Shown in pieces: positions 25,839-36,419 of a stretch of 64,000 nt of DNA (position 1 is the first letter of the stretch; each line of letters opens with the position of its first letter). The DNA comes from an uncultured Candidatus Micrarchaeota archaeon (GTDB lineage Archaea > Micrarchaeota > Micrarchaeia > Norongarragalinales > CAINOH01), in NCBI GenBank assembly GCA_903851445.1, contig CAINOH010000012.1, positions 8,353 to 72,352 of the forward strand, in the 5' to 3' direction. The notes beneath the pieces are model-generated. The model searched no databases. It saw nothing but the letters and a program-made list of their open reading frames with translations, and was not told the origin of the DNA. Made by a program: the position numbers and the translations under genes.

Positions 25839-26354
25839 ATGGTTGGGAAAATGATGTTTTTGGCAAGGGTTGCTCCAAGGCCGCCTGAGCGGCACGAGCA
25901 GAGGATTGTGCTGAGGCAACAGCCGACTCAAAAACAACCGCAGGCTCCTGAACAGCAAGGCCAGGCCCCGGCGACGCCGCAGGATGCCGTACAGCGGCAC
26001 CAAGCACCGGAGCAGGGTCCTGCTGATGAGTTCGAGCAGATTTGCAGGCTCTTCGGAGCGCTTAGCGAGCGCGACACCGGCCACACAGTAGTCCGAGTCT
26101 ATAAAGTGGTGATTGAGAGGGCGAACCCGAAGAACGGCATCGGCTCAAGCGAGCTTGCCGACATCGAGAGCCTCAACAGGCTTACTGCTTTGCACCACCT
26201 CAACAGGCTTGCCGAGCTCGGGATGCTTGAAAAACGCGGCCCGAGGTACTACCCACGCGACTTTGAGGAAATATTTGACGAGTTCGAAAAGCATGCGCTT
26301 GAGAACATCCGCAGGGCGCGGGTCATCGCAAGGCAGCTGGAAAGGCAGGAGTAG
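25839..26354 (+). CDS. winged-helix transcriptional regulator with a Q/P-rich N-terminal region (candidate chaperone-operon regulator)
   Basis: The C-terminal half, IGSSELADIESLNRLTALHHLNRLAELGMLEKRG, is wHTH-like. It sits 9 nt upstream of grpE. Confidence 0.6.
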   Translation: MVGKMMFLARVAPRPPERHEQRIVLRQQPTQKQPQAPEQQGQAPATPQDAVQRHQAPEQGPADEFEQICRLFGALSERDTGHTVVRVYKVVIERANPKNGIGSSELADIESLNRLTALHHLNRLAELGMLEKRGPRYYPRDFEEIFDEFEKHALENIRRARVIARQLERQE

Positions 26355-26363
26355 ATTGGTTAC

Positions 26364-26891
26364 ATGGATAAGGACGATTCGAAAGGCAAGGTTGAAGAAA
26401 AGGCCGAAGCCAACGAGGCCAAAGCCGAAGAAAACGCCGCACAAAAATGTCCCGAAGGCCGTGTTGCAGTCGAGGATTACAAGAGGCTTGCCGCTGACTT
26501 TGACAATTACCGGAAGCAGGTCCAGAACATCGGCGAGGACTCCAAGGCAAGGGGAAAGATGTTCGTTGCCTCCGACTTGCTCGCGCTCCTGGACGACCTT
26601 GACTCTGCCATCGGGCATTACAAGGAAAACCCCGAGGTAAAAGCCGGGCTTGTGGGTTTGCGGAAGAGGCTTTTTGACACGCTCAAAGTCCACGGCTTGG
26701 AAGAAATCGCGGGGTGCGAGGGCAAGAAGTTCGACCCGGAAATGCAGGAGGCAGTAAGGACTGATGACAAGGCCGAGGAAGGAATTGTCAGTTGCGAGCT
26801 GCGGAAAGGATATTCATTCTGCGGCCAGATTTTGCGCCACCCGATGGTGGTCGTTGGCAGCGGAAAAACAAAAGAGGAAAACAAGAAGTAA
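26364..26891 (+). CDS. grpE: nucleotide exchange factor GrpE
   Basis: YKRLAADFDNYRKQ... and the C-terminal beta domain (FDPEMQEAV...GYSFCGQILRHPMVVV). Confidence 0.9.
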   Translation: MDKDDSKGKVEEKAEANEAKAEENAAQKCPEGRVAVEDYKRLAADFDNYRKQVQNIGEDSKARGKMFVASDLLALLDDLDSAIGHYKENPEVKAGLVGLRKRLFDTLKVHGLEEIAGCEGKKFDPEMQEAVRTDDKAEEGIVSCELRKGYSFCGQILRHPMVVVGSGKTKEENKK

Positions 26892-27006
26892 AAAAGCAAA
26901 GAAAAAATCAAGAAAATAAAAAACGAAAAAAGGAATAAAAAAATCCAAAGAAGAACGAAAAAAACGAAAAATCAAAAAATATTATGCTAAATAAGGTGAA
27001 GGAAAT

Positions 27007-28884
27007 ATGGCAAAAATAATCGGGATTGATTTGGGAACAAGTAACTCGGCAGCTGCAGTGATGCAGGGGAACAGGCCGATAATCATACCAAGCGCGGAAG
27101 GCGCGACAGTAGGGGGAAAGACAGTGCCGTCGGTAGTGGCGTTCACAAAGGACGGCCAGGTCCTTGTTGGCGAGCCGGCACGCAGGCAGGCGGCAACCAA
27201 CCCGGATGGCACCATCACGGCTGCAAAGCGCAAGATGGGAACCCCGCAGAAGTACACGGTTAATGGCAAGGATTACACTCCGCAGGAAATCTCTGCGTTC
27301 ATACTGCAGAAAATCAAGAAGGATGCCGAGGCGTTCCTTGGCGAGCCGGTAACGCAGGCAGTCATCACCGTTCCGGCATACTTCAACGACAACCAGCGCC
27401 AGGCAACAAAGGACGCCGGTTTGATTGCGGGTCTGGAGGTCATGCGCCTTGTTCCCGAGCCAACAGCAGCGGCAGTTGCATTCGGGGTGGACAAGACAGG
27501 AGCCGACCAGAAGATTCTCGTGTTCGACCTTGGAGGCGGCACGCTCGATGTTACCTTGATGGACTTTGGCGGCGGAGTGTTCGAAGTCAAGTCAACAAGC
27601 GGCGACACCCAACTTGGCGGAACTGACATGGACAACGCCCTCATCGAATACATCGCAAAGGAGTTCAAGGCAAAGAACAGGATTGACCTTGCAGCGGACG
27701 GACAGGCGATGGTGCGGCTGCGCGAGGCAGCGGAGAAGGCAAAAATCGAGCTTTCAACAGTGCTTGAGACCGACCTTAACGTGCCGTTCATCACCCAGGA
27801 CGTGACCGGAAAACCGGTTCACCTTGCGATGAGACTCTCGCGGGCAACGCTTGAGAGCATCATCCAACCAATAGTGGAAAAATGCAGGCACCCGCTGATG
27901 CAGGCAATCGAGGACGCAAAGCTGACTCCTGAAAAGATTGACAGGATAATCATGGTGGGCGGGCCGACGCGCATGCCGATAATCCAGAGGTTTGTCGAAG
28001 GCCTGGTTGGAAAGAAAGTCGAGCGCGGCATCGACCCGATGGAGTGCGTAGCGCTAGGCGCCGCAGTGCAGGCAGGAATACTCGCAGGCGAAGTCAAGGA
28101 CTTGCTTTTGCTCGACGTGACCCCGCTTTCGCTTGGAATCGAGACCCTCGGAGGGGTGCTCACCAAGATAATCGAACGCAACACCACCATTCCGACCAAG
28201 AAGAGCCAGGTGTTCTCAACTGCTGCTGACAACCAGCCTGCAGTGGACATCTATGTCTTCCAGGGCGAGAGGCCGACTGCGCGCGACAACGTGCTTTTGG
28301 GCAACTTCCAGCTTTCAGGGATACCTCCAGCTGCCCGTGGCACGCCCCAAATCGAGGTCACTTTTGACATCGACTCGAACGGCATCCTCAACGTCAGCGC
28401 AATGGACAAGGGAACCAAGAAGGAACAGAAAATCCGCATAATGGCGCCCAACAAGCTGTCCAAGGACCAGGTGGAGAAGGCAGTCAAGGAGGCCGAGGCG
28501 CACGCTACGGAGGACCGCAGCAGGCTTGACGAGATTACCCTGCGCAACGAGGCGGACACCGCAGTGTGGGCAATCAACAAGACGCTTGCGGAATACAATG
28601 ACAAGGTCCCAGCAGAAACCAAGGCAAAGGTGGAGAAAGCAGTTGCCGACGTAAAGGACGCACTATCCAAGAACGACACCGCGCTCCTGAAGACGAAGAT
28701 GGAGGAGCTGCGCAAAGTCGAGCAGGAAATCGGCCAGGCAATCTACAAGGACACTGGCACACAAGGCGGCCAGCCCGGACAGGGTGCAGGACCGGATATG
28801 GGAGCCGGCGCAGGGTCCAACGGCCCCGAAGGCAACGCAGGCCCCGACGATGCGGTTGACGCGGAGTTCACCAAGAAATCATAG
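27007..28884 (+). CDS. dnaK: chaperone DnaK (Hsp70)
   Basis: [19 protein letters not shown] and the other Hsp70 signatures run throughout. 625 aa. Confidence 0.97.
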   Translation: MAKIIGIDLGTSNSAAAVMQGNRPIIIPSAEGATVGGKTVPSVVAFTKDGQVLVGEPARRQAATNPDGTITAAKRKMGTPQKYTVNGKDYTPQEISAFILQKIKKDAEAFLGEPVTQAVITVPAYFNDNQRQATKDAGLIAGLEVMRLVPEPTAAAVAFGVDKTGADQKILVFDLGGGTLDVTLMDFGGGVFEVKSTSGDTQLGGTDMDNALIEYIAKEFKAKNRIDLAADGQAMVRLREAAEKAKIELSTVLETDLNVPFITQDVTGKPVHLAMRLSRATLESIIQPIVEKCRHPLMQAIEDAKLTPEKIDRIIMVGGPTRMPIIQRFVEGLVGKKVERGIDPMECVALGAAVQAGILAGEVKDLLLLDVTPLSLGIETLGGVLTKIIERNTTIPTKKSQVFSTAADNQPAVDIYVFQGERPTARDNVLLGNFQLSGIPPAARGTPQIEVTFDIDSNGILNVSAMDKGTKKEQKIRIMAPNKLSKDQVEKAVKEAEAHATEDRSRLDEITLRNEADTAVWAINKTLAEYNDKVPAETKAKVEKAVADVKDALSKNDTALLKTKMEELRKVEQEIGQAIYKDTGTQGGQPGQGAGPDMGAGAGSNGPEGNAGPDDAVDAEFTKKS

Positions 28885-28892
28885 GTACTATT

Positions 28893-28965
28893 GGGAAAAG
28901 GGGGGATGGGCATGAATACCACCTGCCTTCTCCCCCACCATCCCAATCCCCTTTTATTTTTACTT
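28893..28965 (+). terminator. imperfect long hairpin followed by oligo-T after dnaK
   Basis: AAAAGGGGGGATGG pairs with CCATCCC..CCCCTTTT, followed by ATTTTTACTTT. Confidence 0.5.
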
Positions 28966-29018
28966 TGCATTTGTTTGTAATCCCGTTTTTTCAACGTTAA
29001 TTTAAGGCTACCAAAAAA

Positions 29019-30179
29019 ATGGCATCAAAGCGCGACTATTACGAAATCCTCGGCGTCTCAAAGAGCGCGAGCACCGACGAAATCAAGTCCGCTTACCGCA
29101 AGCTCGCGCTCCAGTACCATCCCGACCGCAACAAGGGGCCCGAAGCAGAGGCGAAGTTCAAGGAAATCAGCGAGGCCTACGCGGTGCTTTCAGATGCGAG
29201 CAAGCGCAAGTTGTACGACCAGTACGGTCCCGAAGGCTTCTCGCACCAGTTCTCGCAGGAGGACATCTTCCGCGGCGCTGATTTCGAAAGCATCTTCCGC
29301 AACACCGGCTTTTCCGACTCCGATGACCTGGGCACCTTCGGTGACATCTTCTCGTCGTTCTTTGGCCAGCAGTTCGCACAAGCTGCAGGCCAGTCACGCG
29401 GACGCAGCCTGCAATACGAGATTGAAATCACGCTCAAGGAAGCGTTCAGCGGCACCGAACAGGACATACCTCTCCGCCATTCGGTGCAGTGCCCGCATTG
29501 CAAGGGAACGCGGGCCGAGCCCGGCTCGCAGGTTCGAAAGTGCCTCTCGTGCAACGGAAGCGGCCAGGCAAGGCAGGTCCGCAGGGCGGGGTACACGCAG
29601 TTCGTGACCATCGGAACCTGCCGCACGTGCGGCGGGACCGGAAAAACGTACGACAAGGCGTGTGAGCACTGCGAAGGCAAAGGGAGTGTACACAAGGCCG
29701 AGACAATCACAGTAAAAATCCCCGCTGGCGCGTACAACGGCCTGACGCTTAAGCTTCGCGGCCAGGGCGAGGCGTCATCTGACGGTGCGGCAATGGGCGA
29801 CCTTTACGTCATAGTTTCAGTCCGAAACGACAGCACATTCGAAGTTGAGGGGCTTGACTTGCACCTGGATAAGAAAATCTCATTCTCACAAGCTGCAATT
29901 GGAGCCAAGGTGTCCGTGCCAACTATCGATGGCGGTGATGCCGAGCTCCGGGTTCCAGCTGGAACGCAAACACACACAAAATTCAGGCTTCGCGGCCAGG
30001 GAATGCCTTCGATGGATGGCGACGGCAGGGGCGACCAGATTGTCCGCGTGATTGTGGAGACGCCAACGCGCCTTTCCAGCCAGCAGCGCGAGTACCTGGA
30101 AGCCCTTGACTCGGGCGCAATAATTGAAAAGAAGGGAAAGAAAAGGAAGAAGGGCCTCTTTGGAAGCCTGCTCGGATGA
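29019..30179 (+). CDS. dnaJ: co-chaperone DnaJ (type I, with Zn-finger domain)
   Basis: J domain with HPD (YHPDRN), a G/F region, and four CxxCxGxG repeats ([32 protein letters not shown]). Confidence 0.95.
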   Translation: MASKRDYYEILGVSKSASTDEIKSAYRKLALQYHPDRNKGPEAEAKFKEISEAYAVLSDASKRKLYDQYGPEGFSHQFSQEDIFRGADFESIFRNTGFSDSDDLGTFGDIFSSFFGQQFAQAAGQSRGRSLQYEIEITLKEAFSGTEQDIPLRHSVQCPHCKGTRAEPGSQVRKCLSCNGSGQARQVRRAGYTQFVTIGTCRTCGGTGKTYDKACEHCEGKGSVHKAETITVKIPAGAYNGLTLKLRGQGEASSDGAAMGDLYVIVSVRNDSTFEVEGLDLHLDKKISFSQAAIGAKVSVPTIDGGDAELRVPAGTQTHTKFRLRGQGMPSMDGDGRGDQIVRVIVETPTRLSSQQREYLEALDSGAIIEKKGKKRKKGLFGSLLG

Positions 30180-30415
30180 TTTTTTCACAGAATTCCAACG
30201 CGTTGGTCTTTTTCCCCTCGCAAACCCCGCAAATACCTTATAAAATATTGGCTCATTAGCTTTTGCGAGGTAAAAACCCGTTTAGGAACCCTTCCGGAAA
30301 GCGAATTACCCAGTTTGCCACCCGGATGACGTATTTAAAAGGATTTTTTCTCTAAGTTGGTTTGCCGCAAAGCGGCGCGTAACATTTGCAAGAGGAAAAC
30401 AAGGAGGGAGTTCAG

Positions 30416-31495
30416 ATGGAAGACATCGTAAAATCTGCCATTACTTCTGGAGTAACGCAGAGGAAGGAAAAGACTAACGAGGAATTCGAGGAAATAAAGA
30501 TAAGCGTGTTCGGCGTCGGAGGCGGCGGGAACAACACGGTCAACCGCATCTCCAAGCTCGGAGTTCAGGGCGCGTACCTTTACGCCGCGAACTCGGACAG
30601 GCAGCACCTGAACATACTTTCGGACAGCATCAACAAGATACTCATCGGAAAGAGCGTCACGCGCGGCCTTGGCTGCGGCGGGTACCCCGAAGTGGGCGCA
30701 AAGTGCGCGGAGACCGACCGTGAGCAGCTTTCCAAGATGCTTGAAGGCACGCATCTGGTGTTCATTACTGCCGGCATGGGAGGCGGCACCGGGACTGGCG
30801 CTGCTCCGGTAATCGCGCAGATTGCAAAGGAGCAGGGCGCAATAGTCATCGCCATGGTCACCTACCCGTTCGCGCTTGAGCGAGCGCGCCTGCAGAAGGC
30901 AGACGAGGGAATCCAGAAGATGCGCCAGTGCTGCGACTCGGTGATTATCCTTGACAACAACAGGCTCGTGCAGCTCGTGCCGAACCTGCCGATGAACCAG
31001 GCATTCCTGGTTGCAGACGAGATTCTTGCAAAGGCAATCGGCGGACTGGTATTCACGCTGACACAGCCTTCGATGGTCAACATCGACTTTGCAGACGTCC
31101 GTGCCATCATGGGCAACGGCGACCTCGGAATGATCGCAGTCGGCTCGGGCAAGGGCAACAACAAAGTCGAGGACGCGTGCAAGGGAGTCATGGAGAACAG
31201 GCTCCTTGACGTGGACTTTGCAGGCGCAAAGGGCGCAATCATCCACGTCGCAGGCGGTGCCGACCTCACTCTGGGAGACACCATCCGCGCAGGCGAGATG
31301 ATCACCGACCAGATGGACCCGACAGCCTCAGTCAAGTGGGGTGCGCGCGTCATGGCAAACTTCGACGGCAAGATGGAAATAACCGCCATTGTCACCGGGG
31401 TGAAGTCACCGCAGATACTCGGCCGCCCGTACGAAGGCGCAAACAAGAAGGCCAAGGCAAAGGACGAGTTCGACGGCATAGAGATTGTGGGATAA
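30416..31495 (+). CDS. ftsZ: cell division protein FtsZ
   Basis: GVGGGGNN and the tubulin signature GMGGGTGTGAAPVIA. The ATG at 30416 is preceded by AAGGAGGGAG. The track start at 30386 is a TTG. Confidence 0.95.
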   Translation: MEDIVKSAITSGVTQRKEKTNEEFEEIKISVFGVGGGGNNTVNRISKLGVQGAYLYAANSDRQHLNILSDSINKILIGKSVTRGLGCGGYPEVGAKCAETDREQLSKMLEGTHLVFITAGMGGGTGTGAAPVIAQIAKEQGAIVIAMVTYPFALERARLQKADEGIQKMRQCCDSVIILDNNRLVQLVPNLPMNQAFLVADEILAKAIGGLVFTLTQPSMVNIDFADVRAIMGNGDLGMIAVGSGKGNNKVEDACKGVMENRLLDVDFAGAKGAIIHVAGGADLTLGDTIRAGEMITDQMDPTASVKWGARVMANFDGKMEITAIVTGVKSPQILGRPYEGANKKAKAKDEFDGIEIVG

Positions 31496-31502
31496 CTTCC
31501 CA

Positions 31503-31550
31503 TTTTCTTTCCTTTTTCTTATTTTTTTCTTTTAATCTTCTTTTTCTGAT
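31503..31550 (+). terminator. oligo-T rich termination region after ftsZ
   Basis: TTTTCTTTCCTTTTTCTTATTTTTTTCTTTTAATCTTCTTTTTC comes directly after the stop codon. Confidence 0.5.
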
Positions 31551-31627
31551 TCGACAAACAGCCTATTTTCCAATCCAATCGCGCCATCTTCCAAAAGCCC
31601 ATTAAACTCGCGAATGCATATTGTCCT

Positions 31628-32740
31628 GTGAAAAAGACAACTGCCAGGCTCATCTACGCGTCCGGCGAAAAGGATGCCGACATCTACTATGCAACTGGCC
31701 TTGCAACAGCCGATACCTACCCTTACCTCGAGCAGGGCAAAAAGAAAGTGATGTTTGCAAGCGCGCTTGAGCTTTCGCGCGCGAAAAGGCAGGCAAGGTG
31801 CGCTGTTGAGGCCCTTGCACAGCCGAAGACGGATGCACAGAAAAAGGTCGGCGCAATCGGCCTGGTGCTCAAGAAGAGGAAAATCCGCAAGGTTTCCGTT
31901 CCCTATGACTTTCCAACCGGACTTGCACAGAAGCTGGAGACAAACGGCATCAAAGTTCTGGCGGTGCAGTCGCCGCAGTTCTTTCCGGGCCGCGCAATCA
32001 AGACCGGGCGCGAGATTAAGTTCATCGCACATTCGCAGGAAGTCGCCCAGCAGGCAGTGGAGCGGGTTGCGGGAATAATCGAAAAGGCAAGGCCGGACGC
32101 CAAGGGGTTGCTTTTCTACGAGCAAAAGCCGCTGACCAGCGAGTTTTTGCACGAAAAGGCCGCGCTGTTCCTCGTTTCCAGGGGGTTTGAAGCAGGAGAG
32201 ACCATCATCTGCCCTGGCGCGGACTCTTCGATGCCGCACTGCCGTGGTAGCGGCCGGCTTTACAACAACAGCCAGGTGGTCATAGACATCTTCCCGAAAG
32301 ACAATGCCACGCGCTACTATGGCGACGTGACGCGCACGGTGTTCAAAGGAGAGCCAACAGGCAGGTTCGTGCGCATGTACGGGGCAGTGCAGAAGGTCCA
32401 GGGCGAGTGCCTGGAAAGGCTCCGTGCAGGAATGACTGGAGCCGAGCTTTACAGGTATGCCGCTGGCAAGTTTGAAAAAATGGGCTACAAGAAGACAACC
32501 AACAAGGCAGGAGTCTTTGGGTTCAACCACAGCCTTGGCCACGGCCTTGGGTTGGACGTGCACGAGGAACCGCGGCTCTCGCCAACCGGCGGCAAGCTGG
32601 ATGCAGGAAACGTGGTCACAATCGAACCAGGACTATACTATCCCAAAATTGGCGGGGTGCGCATAGAGGACGCGGTTGTTGTCACAAAGAAAGGCTGCCG
32701 CAACCTGACTAGGCTCCCGAAGGACCTGCAGGTAATCTGA
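31628..32740 (+). CDS. M24-family Xaa-Pro aminopeptidase/dipeptidase
   Basis: Pita-bread fold metal ligands: DIFPK..YYGDVTRT, HSLGHGLGLDVHE, EPGLY and VRIEDAV. GTG start. Confidence 0.85.
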   Translation: MKKTTARLIYASGEKDADIYYATGLATADTYPYLEQGKKKVMFASALELSRAKRQARCAVEALAQPKTDAQKKVGAIGLVLKKRKIRKVSVPYDFPTGLAQKLETNGIKVLAVQSPQFFPGRAIKTGREIKFIAHSQEVAQQAVERVAGIIEKARPDAKGLLFYEQKPLTSEFLHEKAALFLVSRGFEAGETIICPGADSSMPHCRGSGRLYNNSQVVIDIFPKDNATRYYGDVTRTVFKGEPTGRFVRMYGAVQKVQGECLERLRAGMTGAELYRYAAGKFEKMGYKKTTNKAGVFGFNHSLGHGLGLDVHEEPRLSPTGGKLDAGNVVTIEPGLYYPKIGGVRIEDAVVVTKKGCRNLTRLPKDLQVI

Positions 32741-32785
32741 TTTTGAATTTTCAGCCTCTGCCTACGCGTATTTAGCTGGTGCGGA

Positions 32786-33724
32786 CTAGCACAGCACCAA
32801 GTAGTCAAGTATGTTGTTTATCAGTCCCTTCGAGGGCGACTCCTCAAGCGGGAACGAGACGTAGACTGCGGACACGCGCGGGTTGCGCACCTCGACTATC
32901 GCGGGGTAGCTTGCCGAGCCGACCGTGAGCTTGGTCACCTCCGAGGAACCCGACGGGTTGAAGGTCACCGAGGCGAACGGGACGTCGGTCTTGAAAGTGA
33001 TTTCGTCGACCAAGTCAGCAATCATCAGGTTGTCCTTGGCAACGCGCACCATCGTGACATTGGACGTTGCATTAAACTGCGAGGAATACTTCACCCCAAG
33101 GTAGGATGTGAGCGGTCCGAACCCACCCATCGTGTTGGTGATATTTAGTTGTTGCATGAAGTCCTCGTAGTAGAAGGGCGTTGTCAAGTTTCGTGCAAGG
33201 GCATCGGCAACGTCAACATCCTGGTAGTAATACTCGGTTCCCGCATCGCCAATCCAAACCACCACGCCACCCGATGCTATGTACTCCTTCACAGCCTTTG
33301 CCTGTGCCGGCGTGATGCGCCTTGCGCGCTCGAAGAACACCACATCGAAGCCCTTGATGCTCTCGTAGGCAAAATCCTCTATGCGGATCATGTAGGGCAC
33401 GGTGTAGGGCCGGGCCTGGTCCAGCCGTTCCTGCTGGATGCGGGTGGAAAGCTTGTCAGGATCTCCAATCCCCTCGTCACCGTAAACTATCGCCATCTTT
33501 GACGCGGGGCCGTTGAGGTAAGTGCAATACACCTCGCACCAGTTTGTTGGCATGTTTATGGGCCCGACCTTGAGGACCTGCGAGCAGTGGATCCAGCGGA
33601 ACTTCGTAAGGAGCACAAGAAGGATGAGCAATAGGCCGACCAGCACGAGGATGCGCGGCACCTCGGTGCGCAAAGTCTGCACTAGCGAAGGGGTTTCCTG
33701 CGGGTGCTGATATTCTCCGGGCAT
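32786..33724 (-). CDS. membrane-anchored extracytoplasmic protein, function unknown
   Basis: From the ATG at 33724 (MPGEYQHPQ...). One N-terminal TM helix (ILVLVGLLLILLVLL), then a mixed alpha/beta domain with several NxS/T sequons. Confidence 0.55.
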   Translation of the reverse strand: MPGEYQHPQETPSLVQTLRTEVPRILVLVGLLLILLVLLTKFRWIHCSQVLKVGPINMPTNWCEVYCTYLNGPASKMAIVYGDEGIGDPDKLSTRIQQERLDQARPYTVPYMIRIEDFAYESIKGFDVVFFERARRITPAQAKAVKEYIASGGVVVWIGDAGTEYYYQDVDVADALARNLTTPFYYEDFMQQLNITNTMGGFGPLTSYLGVKYSSQFNATSNVTMVRVAKDNLMIADLVDEITFKTDVPFASVTFNPSGSSEVTKLTVGSASYPAIVEVRNPRVSAVYVSFPLEESPSKGLINNILDYLVLC

Positions 33725-33781
33725 ATAGGAATAGAGTGATTTGTGCGAATATTTAAAACAGCCGAAAGACAAAACGATTCC

Positions 33782-33940
33782 ATGGCAGAAGACAGGATTT
33801 CGGCCCCGCAGTCAAGCGCCGGGCTAATACGGTACTACGACGTCACCTCAAGCAAGGTGCGCATCACGCCCGAGATGGTGGTCGGGTTCTCAATACTGGT
33901 CATAGTCATTGAGATAGTGGTTGGCAGACTTCTCAAGTAA
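33782..33940 (+). CDS. preprotein translocase Sec61-beta/SecG subunit
   Basis: MAEDRISAPQSSAGLIRYYD... plus a C-terminal TM helix, the characteristic Sec61-beta pattern. 52 aa. Confidence 0.8.
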   Translation: MAEDRISAPQSSAGLIRYYDVTSSKVRITPEMVVGFSILVIVIEIVVGRLLK

Positions 33941-34009
33941 GCCAGCCGACTTGACAATCAGCACTAATTGCCTAGCGAAAGCAAAACAAGTTTTTTGCAG
34001 CAGGGAAAG

Positions 34010-35170
34010 TCAATCCAATACTTTGTGGCATATCTTGCGCGCCTTGTCGCGGTCCTTGCGGTCGGTTGCTACAAGCACGGTCTCGTGCGTGTTGCTTTCC
34101 GAGAGGGCGCGCGCAAGGGCGGAATACTCCACCAGGTTGCGGATTTTCCCGCGGTACTCTATCTTGAACGAAATCTGAGTCGAGGACGATTCGGGAATGG
34201 AAATGATGAAGCTCTGCTCGCCAAGAGCATCCGACAGCTTTTCGTCAAGCTCGGGAAGCGCCTTCTTTGCGTTCTGGACGCGCTCGGTCTCGAAGGAGCG
34301 CTTGAACAGCCTCCTTTCGGAAACGCGTTTTGCGAGAACGTCGCCCTTCTTGACAAGGGAAAACAGCACGTAGTCGTCAGCTCCGTTGAGAAGCTCCGAA
34401 ACCGAGAGGTTGCCGTTCCCAATAGAGGTTGAAAGCGACTTCCGGAGCATTTCCTGTGCGATGCGCACAGAGTGGTGCGTGTAGATTGACGTGCGCATAA
34501 GGTGGCGCGAGACAAGGAGGCTTTCTGCTACGGCGCTCACGTCCTTGTGCGGTATCACCAGGCCCTCGTCGGAAATCTTCATCACCTTGATGAGCCTCTG
34601 CGCGTCGATTCCGGAAAAATAGACGCCGCAAAAATACGAGTCGCGAAGCAAGTAGTCCATGCGGTCGGTTCCCAAGTCGCCCCAGATTACCGCGCCAAGC
34701 CTGTTCTTTTCTGAAAGTATGTCGCAGAGCCTGCGCACGGAATACCCCTGCCTTTCGATGATTTCGGCAAGCTTGCCGCTCCTGATGCGCTCGATGCCAA
34801 GCTCCTCGTGAGTCTTTCCCGTGTATTTCTTTACTATTGGCTCGGAAAGGTGCGAGAATGCCGAGTGGCCGACGTCGTGGAGCAGGCCCGCAAGCATCAC
34901 GTGGCGCGACTCGTCCGATTCGCCCAGTATGCGCTGGCAGATTTCCTGGGTGAGAAAATATGTTCCCAGCGAGTGCTCGTATCGTGAATGGTGCGCCGAG
35001 GGAAACGTCATATATGTAGTGCCTAACTGCCGGACGTAGCGAAGCCGTTGCATAGCCGGCGAGTCCAGCACCGCGAGCATCCCGCTTTCAAGGGTGATGT
35101 CGCCGTGGACCGCATCCCGGATGACTAGGTCTTCTGTAAGAGGCCCTGTTTTTGCCATATTTTCTTCCAC
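34010..35170 (-). CDS. HD-domain metal-dependent phosphohydrolase (dNTP triphosphohydrolase-like)
   Basis: RYEHSLGT, LLHDVGHSAFSH and DRMDYLLRDSYFCG motifs. Confidence 0.85.
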   Translation of the reverse strand: MEENMAKTGPLTEDLVIRDAVHGDITLESGMLAVLDSPAMQRLRYVRQLGTTYMTFPSAHHSRYEHSLGTYFLTQEICQRILGESDESRHVMLAGLLHDVGHSAFSHLSEPIVKKYTGKTHEELGIERIRSGKLAEIIERQGYSVRRLCDILSEKNRLGAVIWGDLGTDRMDYLLRDSYFCGVYFSGIDAQRLIKVMKISDEGLVIPHKDVSAVAESLLVSRHLMRTSIYTHHSVRIAQEMLRKSLSTSIGNGNLSVSELLNGADDYVLFSLVKKGDVLAKRVSERRLFKRSFETERVQNAKKALPELDEKLSDALGEQSFIISIPESSSTQISFKIEYRGKIRNLVEYSALARALSESNTHETVLVATDRKDRDKARKICHKVLD

Positions 35171-35727
35171 CAGCTCGACGAGTCGGACTTTAGCGCCTCG
35201 CCATACAATTTCTTTCCTGATTCAGTTAGCATTGACTTGTTCTTTGCAAGCGCCCAGTCAGCAGCCTTTGGAAAACCAGACTGGCGGTACTCGATTGCGG
35301 TAAGCACGCATTCCAGCAAGTCAGCATCGTTTGCGGCCTTGGACGCGGGTGTTTTCTTCGCCTCAAATTCGTCGATGATTTCCGAGTACCACTTTCCGCC
35401 GAACATACCGTTGGCTTCGCTTTCCTTCACGGCCTTGCGCTCAGCTGCGGGCTTGTCGTGGTAAGACGCCATCACCTTGTCAAGCTCGCCGATGCGGGCC
35501 TCTGGCAGGTCGTGGAAAACGGCAAGGGTTGCCGCCCGCTCGGCGTTGGCGCCTTCCATCCGGGCAATCACATAAGCGATTACCGCAGCGCGGTGCGAGT
35601 GGTCAGCTGTGCTCTCGGCGTTCCTTACCCCTGCAAGCCTCCAGCCCGAGCGGGGAAGGCCCTTGAGCGCGCCTGCCTCGTAGAAGAAGTTGATTGCAGC
35701 GTTAGTGTCTGATTTTTTCTGTTCCAT
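35125..35727 (-). CDS. HD-domain protein (YfbR-like 5'-nucleotidase family)
   Basis: From the ATG at 35727: LPRSGW...ESTADHSHR...FHDLPEARIGE.D. The 3' end overlaps the next HD gene. Confidence 0.75.
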   Translation of the reverse strand: MEQKKSDTNAAINFFYEAGALKGLPRSGWRLAGVRNAESTADHSHRAAVIAYVIARMEGANAERAATLAVFHDLPEARIGELDKVMASYHDKPAAERKAVKESEANGMFGGKWYSEIIDEFEAKKTPASKAANDADLLECVLTAIEYRQSGFPKAADWALAKNKSMLTESGKKLYGEALKSDSSSWWKKIWQKQGLLQKT

Positions 35728-35749
35728 GAAGGAAATCTCCCTATACGAC

Positions 35750-36415
35750 CTAATCCAATAACATGAATATTCCACGCTTCTTCTCAAGCGCGTCCCCGCG
35801 TTCCTTCAGGATCTGCAGGCAGCAGGCGACCTTGACTTGGTCCTCCTTGAGCGCCTCCGCCGCCTTTGCGGGAACTATTTCCGTCCCGCGCGTGATGCGC
35901 GAGACAATCTTTTCCGCAAGCGGCTCAAACTGCTCGCGGCTTATCACGTAGAACTTGTTGTCAAAGCCCTTGGCGCCGTAGACCTCGCCGTGCGAGAGGT
36001 AATATTCAAGCTCCCTTGACGCAATCTTGGCAGCCGCCTCGTCAAGTATCGCAAACCCGTTCCCGCCGAGGATGGCATCAATTGACTTGTTTGCAACCGG
36101 TGCGTTCTTGACAAGTTCTGCTGCACTGACAAACTGCGGAACCGGAGTTGAATTGGAAGGGGCATATGCTCTCCTTGCAATGGGCACGTCCTCCGAAGGC
36201 GAATCGGAGTCCATCGCCTTCTTCAAAAGCATCGAGGTGACCTTCTCGTTCACAGTTGATGCAAGCTTTGCCTTGCTCACCATCACAAGCACGCCCGGCT
36301 CCAGCTCGAAGAACTCGAACTCGTCGTTCTCGGCAACCTTTGAGCTTGCCCTGGCCGCCGGCGGAATCACAACTGCCAGTGCGTCGCCGTGCTTGAATAC
36401 CCTCATTTGACCCAC
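35750..36415 (-). CDS. hypothetical protein with an AbrB/SpoVT-like N-terminal domain
   Basis: MRVFKHGDALAVVIPPAA... resembles a swapped-hairpin AbrB fold. The C-terminus may be winged-helix (LQILKERGDALEKKRGIF). Confidence 0.5.
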   Translation of the reverse strand: MGQMRVFKHGDALAVVIPPAARASSKVAENDEFEFFELEPGVLVMVSKAKLASTVNEKVTSMLLKKAMDSDSPSEDVPIARRAYAPSNSTPVPQFVSAAELVKNAPVANKSIDAILGGNGFAILDEAAAKIASRELEYYLSHGEVYGAKGFDNKFYVISREQFEPLAEKIVSRITRGTEIVPAKAAEALKEDQVKVACCLQILKERGDALEKKRGIFMLLD

Positions 36416-36419
36416 ACGT

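Noticed and set aside
26892-27006. 115-nt poly-purine (A-rich) spacer between grpE and dnaK, considered as a ncRNA or terminator
   Set aside because: The plus strand is A-rich, not T-rich, so it is not an oligo-T terminator. No stem-loops were seen. It is most simply an unstructured intercistronic spacer ending in an AGGTGAAGG ribosome-binding site.
28903-28980. Short ORF MGMNTTCLLPHHPNPLLFLLCICL after a G-run downstream of dnaK
   Set aside because: It coincides with both arms of the dnaK terminator hairpin and T-tract. The peptide is low-complexity and is most likely fortuitous.
30195-30206. Perfect 12-nt palindrome CCAACGCGTTGG after dnaJ, considered as a terminator
   Set aside because: It has no loop and only a short TCTTTTT run follows. 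It may contribute to termination, but the evidence is too weak to annotate.
30335-31246. 303-aa minus-strand ORF, with a 213-aa ORF at 30862..31503
   Set aside because: Both are antisense to ftsZ, whose tubulin signatures are unambiguous. They are typical GC-rich shadow ORFs.
31532-32563. 343-aa minus-strand ORF
   Set aside because: It is antisense to the M24 peptidase gene, has no motifs and is rich in R/L/A.
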